Shown here one piece after another: positions 19,942-25,330 of a DNA stretch of 64,000 nt. Both the position numbers and the translations under genes were made by a program. Under the pieces are notes generated by a model. That model saw only the letters and a program-made list of their open reading frames with translations. It did not search any database and was not told where the DNA came from. Source of the DNA: Rubripirellula sp. (GTDB lineage: Bacteria > Planctomycetota > Planctomycetia > Pirellulales > Pirellulaceae); contig OZ244207.1 of NCBI GenBank assembly GCA_965216875.1, positions 608,001 through 672,000 of the forward strand. The letters are read 5' to 3'. The number at the start of each line of letters is the position of its first letter. Within the stretch, counting starts at the first letter, position 1.

Positions 19942-20014
19942 GACGGATCGACGAGGTAACAGCTCAGATGGGACACATTTTCAAGATGTAATCCGAGCCT
20001 GCAGTCGATTCGTC
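19942..20014 (-). ncRNA. Minimal Y-RNA-like module A
   Basis: GACGAATCGAC/GTCGATCCGTC stem, shared motif TCGACTGC-N6-GGATTACATC, GCTCGGAT/ATCTGAGC stem. Confidence 0.65.
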
Positions 20015-20016
20015 AG

Positions 20017-20087
20017 AAACGCTGGTGGGAGTCGAACCCACTTAGACCGGGTTGCAGCCGGTTGCCTGGCCATCTGGCTCCAGCGTG
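20017..20087 (-). tRNA. tRNA-Cys(GCA)
   Basis: Anticodon arm ACCGG-CTGCAAC-CCGGT. Confidence 0.85.
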
Positions 20088-20095
20088 TTCTCAAG

Positions 20096-20167
20096 CGTCC
20101 TCGCCAGGAATCGAACCTGGTCTTCGACCTTCGCAGAGTCGCGTGCTGTCCGGCACACTCCGAGAAC
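20096..20167 (-). tRNA. tRNA-Arg(GCG)
   Basis: CGACT-CTGCGAA-GGTCG. Confidence 0.8.
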
Positions 20168-20192
20168 ATGGATGGCTAATCAAAGAGCCGAG

Positions 20193-20264
20193 TAACCCGC
20201 CCAGGAATCGAACCTGGTCCGACAGTTTCGAAGACTGTCATGCTATCCAGCACACCCGCGAGTC
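20193..20264 (-). tRNA. tRNA-Arg(TCG)
   Basis: ACAGT-CTTCGAA-ACTGT. Confidence 0.85.
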
Positions 20265-20289
20265 ATGTTGATTGTTAGTTAGTCACAAG

Positions 20290-20363
20290 AGCCGACGACT
20301 GGGTTTGCACCAGCATGAGCCGCTTTACAAAAGCGGTGCCTTTCTGCATCGAGCCACGTCGGC
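20290..20363 (-). tRNA. tRNA-Thr(TGT), atypical T-loop
   Basis: CCGCT-TTTGTAA-AGCGG; T-loop TGCAAAC. Confidence 0.7.
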
Positions 20364-20380
20364 ATGGGTTGCTGCATCAG

Positions 20381-20452
20381 TAGCCCGACCAGGAATCGAA
20401 TCCGGAACTTCTGGTTAGAAGCCAGAGATGATGTCCGTTTCACCATCGAGCC
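20381..20452 (-). tRNA. tRNA-Arg(TCT)
   Basis: TCTGG-CTTCTAA-CCAGA. Confidence 0.8.
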
Positions 20453-20465
20453 GTTTGCAAGCAAG

Positions 20466-20551
20466 CGGAAGGCGAGGGAGTCGAACCCTCATCACCCGAA
20501 GGTGGCACGCGTTAGCAGTGCGGCCCGGCAAACCGTATCCGGCTGCCTTCC
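20466..20551 (-). tRNA. tRNA-Ser(GCT)
   Basis: Loop CTGCTAA, long variable arm, G73. Confidence 0.8.
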
Positions 20552-20563
20552 GAAATCGTTGAG

Positions 20564-20636
20564 TGGACCGGAAGGGAATCGAACCCTTCTCACCGATCTT
20601 GCAAGGATCAGTCGCCCCCTTGGAACATGCCAGCCC
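20564..20636 (-). tRNA. tRNA-Ala(TGC)
   Basis: TGATC-CTTGCAA-GATCG; G3:U70. Confidence 0.85.
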
Positions 20637-20647
20637 ATTTCACTCAG

Positions 20648-20718
20648 AGGTCCGTCCGGGAATTGAACCCGGTCTTCGTCCATACCACAGACGCGTGCTG
20701 CCGCAACACTTACAGACC
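20648..20718 (-). tRNA. tRNA-Thr(GGT)
   Basis: CGTCT-GTGGTAT-GGACG. Confidence 0.8.
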
Positions 20719-20729
20719 ATTCGTTTCAG

Positions 20730-20802
20730 TGATCGCGGATGGAATCGAACCATCGATCTCCTGCATGTCACGCAGGCGTCTTCGCCGCTGGACCACGCGA
20801 CC
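20730..20802 (-). tRNA. tRNA-Val(GAC)
   Basis: CCTGC-GTGACAT-GCAGG. Confidence 0.85.
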
Positions 20803-20816
20803 GTAGTCTTGATGAG

Positions 20817-20892
20817 TAGTCGAGATAGGAGTCGAACCTACAAAATCACAAGCCTCTCGTGCTTGCCGCTATGCCTGTTTGCGTACTCGACC
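20817..20892 (-). tRNA. tRNA-Leu(GAG), short variable region, C33
   Basis: CAAGC-ACGAGAG-GCTTG. Confidence 0.7.
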
Positions 20893-20899
20893 GAGAAAG

Positions 20900-20968
20900 T
20901 AGCGGATCCGGGGGTCGCACCCGACGGTCCTGGCTTATGAGGCATGGCTGAGCACTGGCCCATCCGCG
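20900..20968 (-). tRNA. tRNA(CAT), initiator-like or degenerate
   Basis: Loop CTCATAA; unpaired 1:72; shortened D-arm; weak anticodon stem. Confidence 0.55.
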
Positions 20969-20972
20969 TTGT

Positions 20973-21415
20973 GTTAGCTTGTTAGCAATTAGCCTGTTAG
21001 CGACTAGCTTTCTATTTCTATTGGGGCACACTCATGCGAGATCACAAAAATCTTCGAGCGTTCGAACTGGCCGACGAAGTTGCTTTGCTCACTTACAAGT
21101 TCACGCGGAGTTTTCCGCGTGAAGAACAATTCGGGTTGACATCCCAAATGCGTCGAGCTGCCGTATCAGTTCCATCGAATATCGTCGAAGGCTGTGGTCG
21201 TCACACGGAAGCGGAGTTCCTCCGATTTCTCGACGTTGCATACGGTTCACTCAGGGAACTTGAGTACCAAACCTCGCTTGCAGTTCGCTTGGAATTCGTC
21301 TCGAACCACGGGGATTTCACTGCCAAGCTAACTGAAGCCTCCAAAGTCCTAGGCTCACTGATCCGCTCCATCCGAAAAAGCTAATTGCTAACTCGCTAGC
21401 TGCTAATCGGCTAGC
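20973..21415. mobile_element. Four-helix-bundle cassette bounded by GTTAGC/GCTAAC periodic inverted repeats
   Basis: Left arm 20973-21008, right arm 21380-21415; lies between two tRNA(CAT) genes. Confidence 0.6.
21034..21384 (+). CDS. Four helix bundle protein (23S rRNA IVS protein / Avd-like family)
   Basis: FPREEQFGLTSQMRRAAVSVPSNIVEG..FLDVAYGSLRELEYQ; antisense to the array. Confidence 0.93.
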   Translation: MRDHKNLRAFELADEVALLTYKFTRSFPREEQFGLTSQMRRAAVSVPSNIVEGCGRHTEAEFLRFLDVAYGSLRELEYQTSLAVRLEFVSNHGDFTAKLTEASKVLGSLIRSIRKS

Positions 21416-21419
21416 TCAG

Positions 21420-21489
21420 TTGCAGGTCTCGGTATCGAGCCGAGCACACCGACCTCATGAAAGTCAGTTGGACACCTGTCGCACCTGCA
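21420..21489 (-). tRNA. tRNA(CAT) Met/Ile2, shortened D-arm
   Basis: TGACT-TTCATGA-GGTCG. Confidence 0.6.
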
Positions 21490-21498
21490 ATGTTGAAG

Positions 21499-21582
21499 TA
21501 GCCAAGGCGAGGGTTGAACTCGCACGCCACGATGGGCACGACATTCTGAGTGTCGCGTGTCTACCGGTTCCACCACTTGGCT
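21499..21582 (-). tRNA. tRNA-Leu(CAG), long variable arm
   Basis: CGACA-CTCAGAA-TGTCG. Confidence 0.88.
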
Positions 21583-21597
21583 GTGTTTGAATCGAAG

Positions 21598-21671
21598 TAC
21601 TGCGGGAGGGAGTCGAACCCTCAAACACGATCGTTTGAAATTCGCCGCTTTGCCGGTTTGCGTACCACAGC
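21598..21671 (-). tRNA. tRNA-Leu(CAA), short variable region
   Basis: Loop TTCAAAC; imperfect anticodon stem. Confidence 0.7.
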
Positions 21672-21683
21672 ATGTTGATTGAG

Positions 21684-21755
21684 TACTGAGGGCGGGAGTC
21701 GAACCCGCAAGCACTTGTTCCTAAGACAAGCGGCTCGCCGTTGGCCTACCTCAGC
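21684..21755 (-). tRNA. tRNA-Leu(TAG), short variable region
   Basis: CTTGT-CTTAGGA-ACAAG. Confidence 0.8.
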
Positions 21756-21767
21756 GTTTGCGAAAAG

Positions 21768-21838
21768 TGGAGCACCGGGGAATCGAACCCCGATTTTCTA
21801 CGTGCAAAACAGACGTCTTCCCGTTGGACGAGCGCCCC
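21768..21838 (-). tRNA. tRNA-Ala(TGC), second copy
   Basis: Loop TTTGCAC; G3:U70. Confidence 0.8.
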
Positions 21839-21864
21839 ATATCGTTTCGTTAACGTTGCAAAAG

Positions 21865-21938
21865 TGCCCAGAGCAGGAATCGAACCTGCAAACATCCGGG
21901 TTTAAGCCGGACCGCTCTGCCGATTGGCGTATCTAGGC
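21865..21938 (-). tRNA. tRNA-Leu(TAA), short variable region
   Basis: TCCGG-CTTAAAC-CCGGA. Confidence 0.8.
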
Positions 21939-22002
21939 GTCGTGTGTTGGCCGCCGTGGGAAGAACGCGATTGCTCACGCCCTTCCTTTGGCTGCCAACG
22001 TG

Positions 22003-22262
22003 TTATGCTCGGAGTCGCGGCGTGCTGTCGCCCGTTGACTTGCGGTGGTTTCGGATTGCCTTGCGGTAGTTCGGAACACTGTCGCCTTCGACGATCACGT
22101 CGCCGACCGTTTCGACAACCCAGCCATCGACCCAGCGGTCGTCGCTATCTTTCAGCTTCAGTATTTCGCGAATTGCGTCGGGATATACGAAGTTGTGACG
22201 ACGCTAGCACCAGCGACGATGCGTCTCATCGCACATTGCGCGTACTTCACGTTTCTGGTCAT
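22003..22262 (-). pseudogene. Frameshifted small hypothetical gene inside the array
   Basis: AAGGAG RBS; MTRNVKYAQCAMRR..TTSYIPTQFAK / LKLKDSDDRWVDGWVVETVG..RKAIRNHRKSTGDS. Confidence 0.6.
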
Positions 22263-22314
22263 CGTCGTCTCCTTGTCAGTTGGTAAGAATAATCATTGTT
22301 TGCGAAGGTCGAAG

Positions 22315-22386
22315 TAGTCCAGGATGGAATCGAACCATCTTTTCCTGTTTGTAAGACAGGCGTCGTAGCCGTTGGACCACAGGACT
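22315..22386 (-). tRNA. tRNA-Val(TAC)
   Basis: CCTGT-CTTACAA-ACAGG. Confidence 0.85.
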
Positions 22387-22410
22387 TTTTCAAAATGTCG
22401 ATCCGGAGAG

Positions 22411-22481
22411 CACGTCCCCAAGGATTTGAAACCTGACTAACTGGTTTGGAATCAGCAGTGCTACCGTTACACCAGAGACGT
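22411..22481 (-). tRNA. tRNA-Trp(CCA)
   Basis: Loop TTCCAAA; imperfect T-stem. Confidence 0.75.
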
Positions 22482-22498
22482 GGATGTGTTTTCAAAAG

Positions 22499-22583
22499 TG
22501 GGAACGCAAGGAATCGCACCTCTCGCCGGCTACCACACAATTAGAGGCAGAAGGGTTACAACCTCCCGTGTGGAAACGCTCCC
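22499..22583 (-). tRNA. tRNA-Tyr(GTA)-like, lacking a D-arm, with enlarged variable region
   Basis: GGGAGCG/CGTTCCC acceptor; GGAGG-TTGTAAC-CCTTC. Confidence 0.6.
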
Positions 22584-22601
22584 ATGTATCAATCGAACAA
22601 G

Positions 22602-22685
22602 CGGAAGCCGTGGGACTCGAACCCACAACGGTGATTAGCCGCAGCTGTTTTCAAGACAGTGTCCTCATCCGGCCGGGTGACTTCC
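22602..22685 (-). tRNA. tRNA-Ser(TGA)
   Basis: Loop CTTGAAA, long variable arm. Confidence 0.8.
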
Positions 22686-22706
22686 GTAGTGCGTCATCAA
22701 ACGCAG

Positions 22707-22781
22707 TGACGTGAGCGGGAAACGAACCCGCGGACTCCTGGATGAAAACCAGGCAATTCTGCCATCAGAATCTACCACGCC
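22707..22781 (-). tRNA. tRNA-Glu(TTC)
   Basis: CCTGG-TTTTCAT-CCAGG. Confidence 0.75.
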
Positions 22782-22806
22782 GTTTGGTTGCTTCGATCGA
22801 AGCGAG

Positions 22807-22878
22807 TACCGCATAGGAGTTTCGATCTCCTTCCTGCTGCCTGAGAAGCAGCCGACCTAGCCAGTAGTCGAATGCGGC
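22807..22878 (-). tRNA. tRNA-Glu(CTC)
   Basis: GCTGC-TTCTCAG-GCAGC; T-loop ATCGAAA. Confidence 0.75.
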
Positions 22879-22892
22879 TTGTTTGCAAAAAG

Positions 22893-22965
22893 CGATGGCA
22901 ACGGGAGTCGAACCCGCAGCGACTTGATAGACAATCAAGCTTCCTTCCGAGAGGAACTTGCCACC
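22893..22965 (-). tRNA. tRNA-Asp(GTC)
   Basis: CTTGA-TTGTCTA-TCAAG. Confidence 0.75.
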
Positions 22966-22980
22966 GAAAATGTTCGCGAG

Positions 22981-23056
22981 GGTGACTAACCGGAATTGAA
23001 CCGGCGACAAACTCATTCACAGTGAGTCTCTGGAAACCAACACCAGATCTAGCCAC
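22981..23056 (-). tRNA. tRNA-His(GTG)
   Basis: ACTCA-CTGTGAA-TGAGT; C73. Confidence 0.78.
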
Positions 23057-23058
23057 AG

Positions 23059-23129
23059 TCGGGTATCAGTGAGTCGCACACTGTCCATGCGTGGTCCCAA
23101 ACCACACCGCTTACTCCAAGCTATACCCG
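23059..23129 (-). tRNA. tRNA-Pro(TGG)
   Basis: Loop TTTGGGA; C1-G72, A73; T-loop TGCGACT. Confidence 0.7.
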
Positions 23130-23141
23130 AAACAAAAATAG

Positions 23142-23216
23142 CACCGGAGACTGGAATCGAACCAATGGACTCCTCGTTCAGAGCGAGGTGCAGCGACCAG
23201 CAACTGCTACTCCGGC
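23142..23216 (-). tRNA. tRNA-Gln(CTG)
   Basis: CCTCG-CTCTGAA-CGAGG. Confidence 0.8.
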
Positions 23217-23238
23217 GTTTTAATCAAATCGTCAATAG

Positions 23239-23306
23239 CACTCCGTCCGGGAATTGAACCCGATCTGCGGGCTTCAAAGGCCCACGTCGCGACTACGCGC
23301 CGGAGA
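23239..23306 (-). tRNA. tRNA-Gln(TTG), shortened D-arm
   Basis: TGGGC-CTTTGAA-GCCCG. Confidence 0.65.
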
Positions 23307-23324
23307 GAGTTTTCCCGATGAAAG

Positions 23325-23396
23325 AGTGTCCTGCGGGAGTCGAACCCGCCTATCTGAGTTGGAAGCCCAGCACCTTTGCCGCTCGGCCAAGGACAC
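23325..23396 (-). tRNA. tRNA-Gly(TCC)
   Basis: CTGGG-CTTCCAA-CTCAG. Confidence 0.85.
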
Positions 23397-23403
23397 GATG
23401 GAT

Positions 23404-23478
23404 GCGGAAGTTTGAAGGGCGAGGTGTGAAACGAAGCGAGCTATTCCACACTTCTGGCTTCACCCTTCAAACTTCGCG
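23404..23478. repeat. Heptamer-periodic inverted repeat spacer (GAAG type)
   Basis: GAAGTTTGAAGGG ... CCCTTCAAACTTC. Confidence 0.6.
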
Positions 23479-23481
23479 AAG

Positions 23482-23553
23482 CTCCGGCGGAAGGACTCGA
23501 ACCTTCACTCGTCTCCTTAACAGGGAGCCGCCTTACCATTGGGCCACACCGGA
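23482..23553 (-). tRNA. tRNA-Asn(GTT)
   Basis: CTCC-CTGTTAA-GGAG. Confidence 0.85.
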
Positions 23554-23569
23554 TTGTTAACTCATCAAG

Positions 23570-23643
23570 TCAGGATGGCTGGATTTGAACCAGCGATCTC
23601 GTGTTTCCGGAACACGCGGAGTGCCAGACTTTCCCACATCCTG
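23570..23643 (-). tRNA. tRNA-Pro(CGG)
   Basis: CGTGT-TCCGGAA-ACACG. Confidence 0.8.
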
Positions 23644-23651
23644 ATTTGCAA

Positions 23652-23722
23652 AGCGCCCAGTGGGAGTCGAACCCACACTTCCGCCATGGCAAGGCAGTAG
23701 GCTGCCACTACATCATGGGCGC
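23652..23722 (-). tRNA. tRNA-Gly(GCC)
   Basis: CTGCC-TTGCCAT-GGCGG. Confidence 0.82.
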
Positions 23723-23757
23723 AGATTTGCATCACAACCAAATTGTCAAAGATCGGA

Positions 23758-23830
23758 TCAGGCTTCAGGTGCCAGGCTTTAGACGTCAGGTTGTATTCCT
23801 GAAGTCTGACTCCTGATTGCTGAAGTCTGC
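23758..23830. repeat. Heptamer-periodic inverted repeat spacer (TCAGG type)
   Basis: TCAGGCT TCAGGTG CCAGGCT TTAGACG TCAGG ... CCTGAAG TCTGACT CCTGA. Confidence 0.6.
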
Positions 23831-23835
23831 TTTAG

Positions 23836-23906
23836 AGCACCGAGCCGGAATTGAACCCGCATCACCTCGTTACGACGGAGGTATCTTGCCGTTAGAAGAT
23901 CAGTGC
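23836..23906 (-). tRNA. tRNA-Thr(CGT)
   Basis: Loop GTCGTAA; one stem mismatch. Confidence 0.7.
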
Positions 23907-23913
23907 TGGAGTA

Positions 23914-23995
23914 GCGGATTAGCCTTTAGCTGTTTAGCTGATTAGGTTTCTTCTTTGTCTTTCCTAATCAGCTAACTCGCTAACAGCTAACCTGC
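23914..23995. repeat. Heptamer-periodic inverted repeat spacer (TTAGC type)
   Basis: TTAGC repeated ... GCTAAC repeated; same unit as the four-helix-bundle flanks. Confidence 0.65.
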
Positions 23996-24002
23996 TCTTT
24001 AG

Positions 24003-24075
24003 TGGGACCGGTGAGAATCGAACTCACATCGTTCGGTTTAAGAGACCGATGCATTACCTTGTCTGCCACAATCCC
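24003..24075 (-). tRNA. tRNA-Lys(CTT)
   Basis: TCGGT-CTCTTAA-ACCGA. Confidence 0.87.
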
Positions 24076-24095
24076 ATGTGTTTTGTCTTGTCCGG

Positions 24096-24168
24096 TCGGC
24101 GCGGAAGGAATCGAACCTTCAACCCTCGTCTTATGAGGACGCCGCCCTTACCACTGAGCTGCACGCCG
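24096..24168 (-). tRNA. tRNA(CAT) Met or Ile2
   Basis: CGTC-CTCATAA-GACG; canonical D and T arms. Confidence 0.85.
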
Positions 24169-24195
24169 GAGGCGCCAATGGCGCGGCGCCGTAAG

Positions 24196-24268
24196 TGGGG
24201 CCGGAGAGATTCGAACTCTCGCCGAACGGCTTAAAAGACCGTCATGCTGCCTGTTACACCACAACCCC
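24196..24268 (-). tRNA. tRNA-Lys(TTT)
   Basis: ACGGT-CTTTTAA-GCCGT. Confidence 0.87.
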
Positions 24269-24332
24269 ATGATTGGTCGGGCGTAGGCGTTTCAATCGCA
24301 ATGCAAGAAGCATGTCGGTTTCTCTTTCGTGT

Positions 24333-24391
24333 TATCGAACTCAGCGCGACCCGCGTATCAGGCGGATTTGGGCGACCAGCCCTCGACTACC
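24333..24391 (-). pseudogene. 3'-truncated tRNA-Ile(GAT)
   Basis: TCCGC-CTGATAC-GCGGG; breaks after GTTCGAT, with no 3' T-stem or acceptor strand. Confidence 0.7.
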
Positions 24392-24408
24392 GTGTTGTTG
24401 TAAAAAAG

Positions 24409-24509
24409 TCGGACACCTCGGAGTCGAACCGCCCGTCGCGGAGCGACCCACAAATGAACGCAGTCTCCTGCTCCCAAAGCAGGCGTGCTTCCATCTGCAC
24501 CTGTATCCG
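24409..24509 (-). tRNA. tRNA-Pro(TGG) with an insertion of about 30 nt in the T-stem
   Basis: CCTGC-TTTGGGA-GCAGG; removing 24432-24461 restores CTCGG-TTCGACT-CCGAG. Confidence 0.65.
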
Positions 24510-24566
24510 ATGTTGTTTGTGGTGTTCGCTGCAGCCGATTCCGTCGGCGCATATCTTCTTTGTCAG

Positions 24567-24638
24567 TGGGCCGGGAGGCGCTCGAATCCTCGTCTGCGGT
24601 GCTTCAAACCGCCGCTAGACCGTCTCAGCTACCAGCCC
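24567..24638 (-). tRNA. tRNA-Phe(GAA)
   Basis: GCGGT-TTGAAGC-ACCGC. Confidence 0.78.
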
Positions 24639-24640
24639 GC

Positions 24641-24740
24641 GTTAGCTTGTTAGCAGTTAGCTTGTTAGCGGTTAGCTTGTTAGCGGTTAGCCAGAAAGTG
24701 CTTTCCTAACTCGTTAATCGGCTAATGGCTAATCAGCTAA
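24641..24740. repeat. GTTAGC periodic inverted repeat
   Basis: Seven GTTAGC units, then five CTAA-type units. Confidence 0.75.
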
Positions 24741-24776
24741 AACAAAAGGCTCGATGCCTGCGTGACACCGAGCCTT
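24739..24776 (-). terminator. Intrinsic terminator / attenuator hairpin, leader copy 2
   Basis: AAGGCTCGGTGTC-loop-GGCATCGAGCCTT-TTGTTTT. Confidence 0.75.
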
Positions 24777-24807
24777 CATGTAGAAAGCAGTTCGCTTGAT
24801 GCGAGTG

Positions 24808-24966
24808 TCACGTGAGCAATCTTGTGCCTAAGGAATACAGTGCCGGGATATTGCCAGGCTGGAACGTATTGGCGCTGCGCTCATTGTCGCTGGGCCAATC
24901 GCTACCGCCGAAGGCATTCCCTTCGTGTATCCGCTGGAGTCGATTTGATTGCTGTTTGGTAGACAT
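24808..24966 (-). CDS. Putative 52-aa leader peptide, copy 2 (MSTKQQSNRLQRIHEGNAFGGSDW...RLLT)
   Basis: Homologous to 177-335; stop codon lies within the antiterminator arm CGTGACAC. Confidence 0.7.
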   Translation of the reverse strand: MSTKQQSNRLQRIHEGNAFGGSDWPSDNERSANTFQPGNIPALYSLGTRLLT

Positions 24967-25020
24967 CGAACTGAAAAGGCTCTTACTCGCTTCTCTGGGT
25001 GTGACTTGTGTTCGGGGTTA

Positions 25021-25154
25021 ATAGACGCTTTCGATTCCGAATGGTTCGCGAAAAGTCTCGTTTCTTGTGAACCTGTGCAAAACTAGATGCGTTTGCCAGC
25101 GAGATTATTTCATCGGCCTAGAAAAAACTTTGCCATGTTTTGCTCGAATGTCAA
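25021..25154 (-). promoter_or_regulatory. Tandem promoter candidates, copy 2 (TTGACA-16-CAAAGT plus two ECF-like)
   Basis: Conserved with 404-524. Confidence 0.55.
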
Positions 25155-25330
25155 ACGAATTCAGCGTCACTTCTGTACTCGGGTGATTCTCGAATTCTGA
25201 AAACTCTTAAACTACCGACATCAGGCATTCTTGGTTGCATGCTCTTCGCAGTAGCTTGCACATTGACGCTCCTCAGACAAGCAAATCCCTCATTCTGCTC
25301 GGTGCTCGATTCTGGAAACGCACGCAGCGG

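Larger units (their letters stand above)
20017..24638 (-). other. tRNA gene array: 39 genes including 1 truncated, all 20 amino acids
   Basis: Each gene folded by hand; all co-oriented with short spacers; no encoded CCA seen. Confidence 0.93.

Noticed and set aside
21034..21384. Diversity-generating retroelement (Avd)
   Set aside because: No reverse transcriptase or TR/VR pair in the window
19928..24709. Many 60-125 aa ORFs across the tRNA array
   Set aside because: They are translations of tRNA sequence; only the four-helix-bundle gene and the 22003-22262 pseudogene look protein-like
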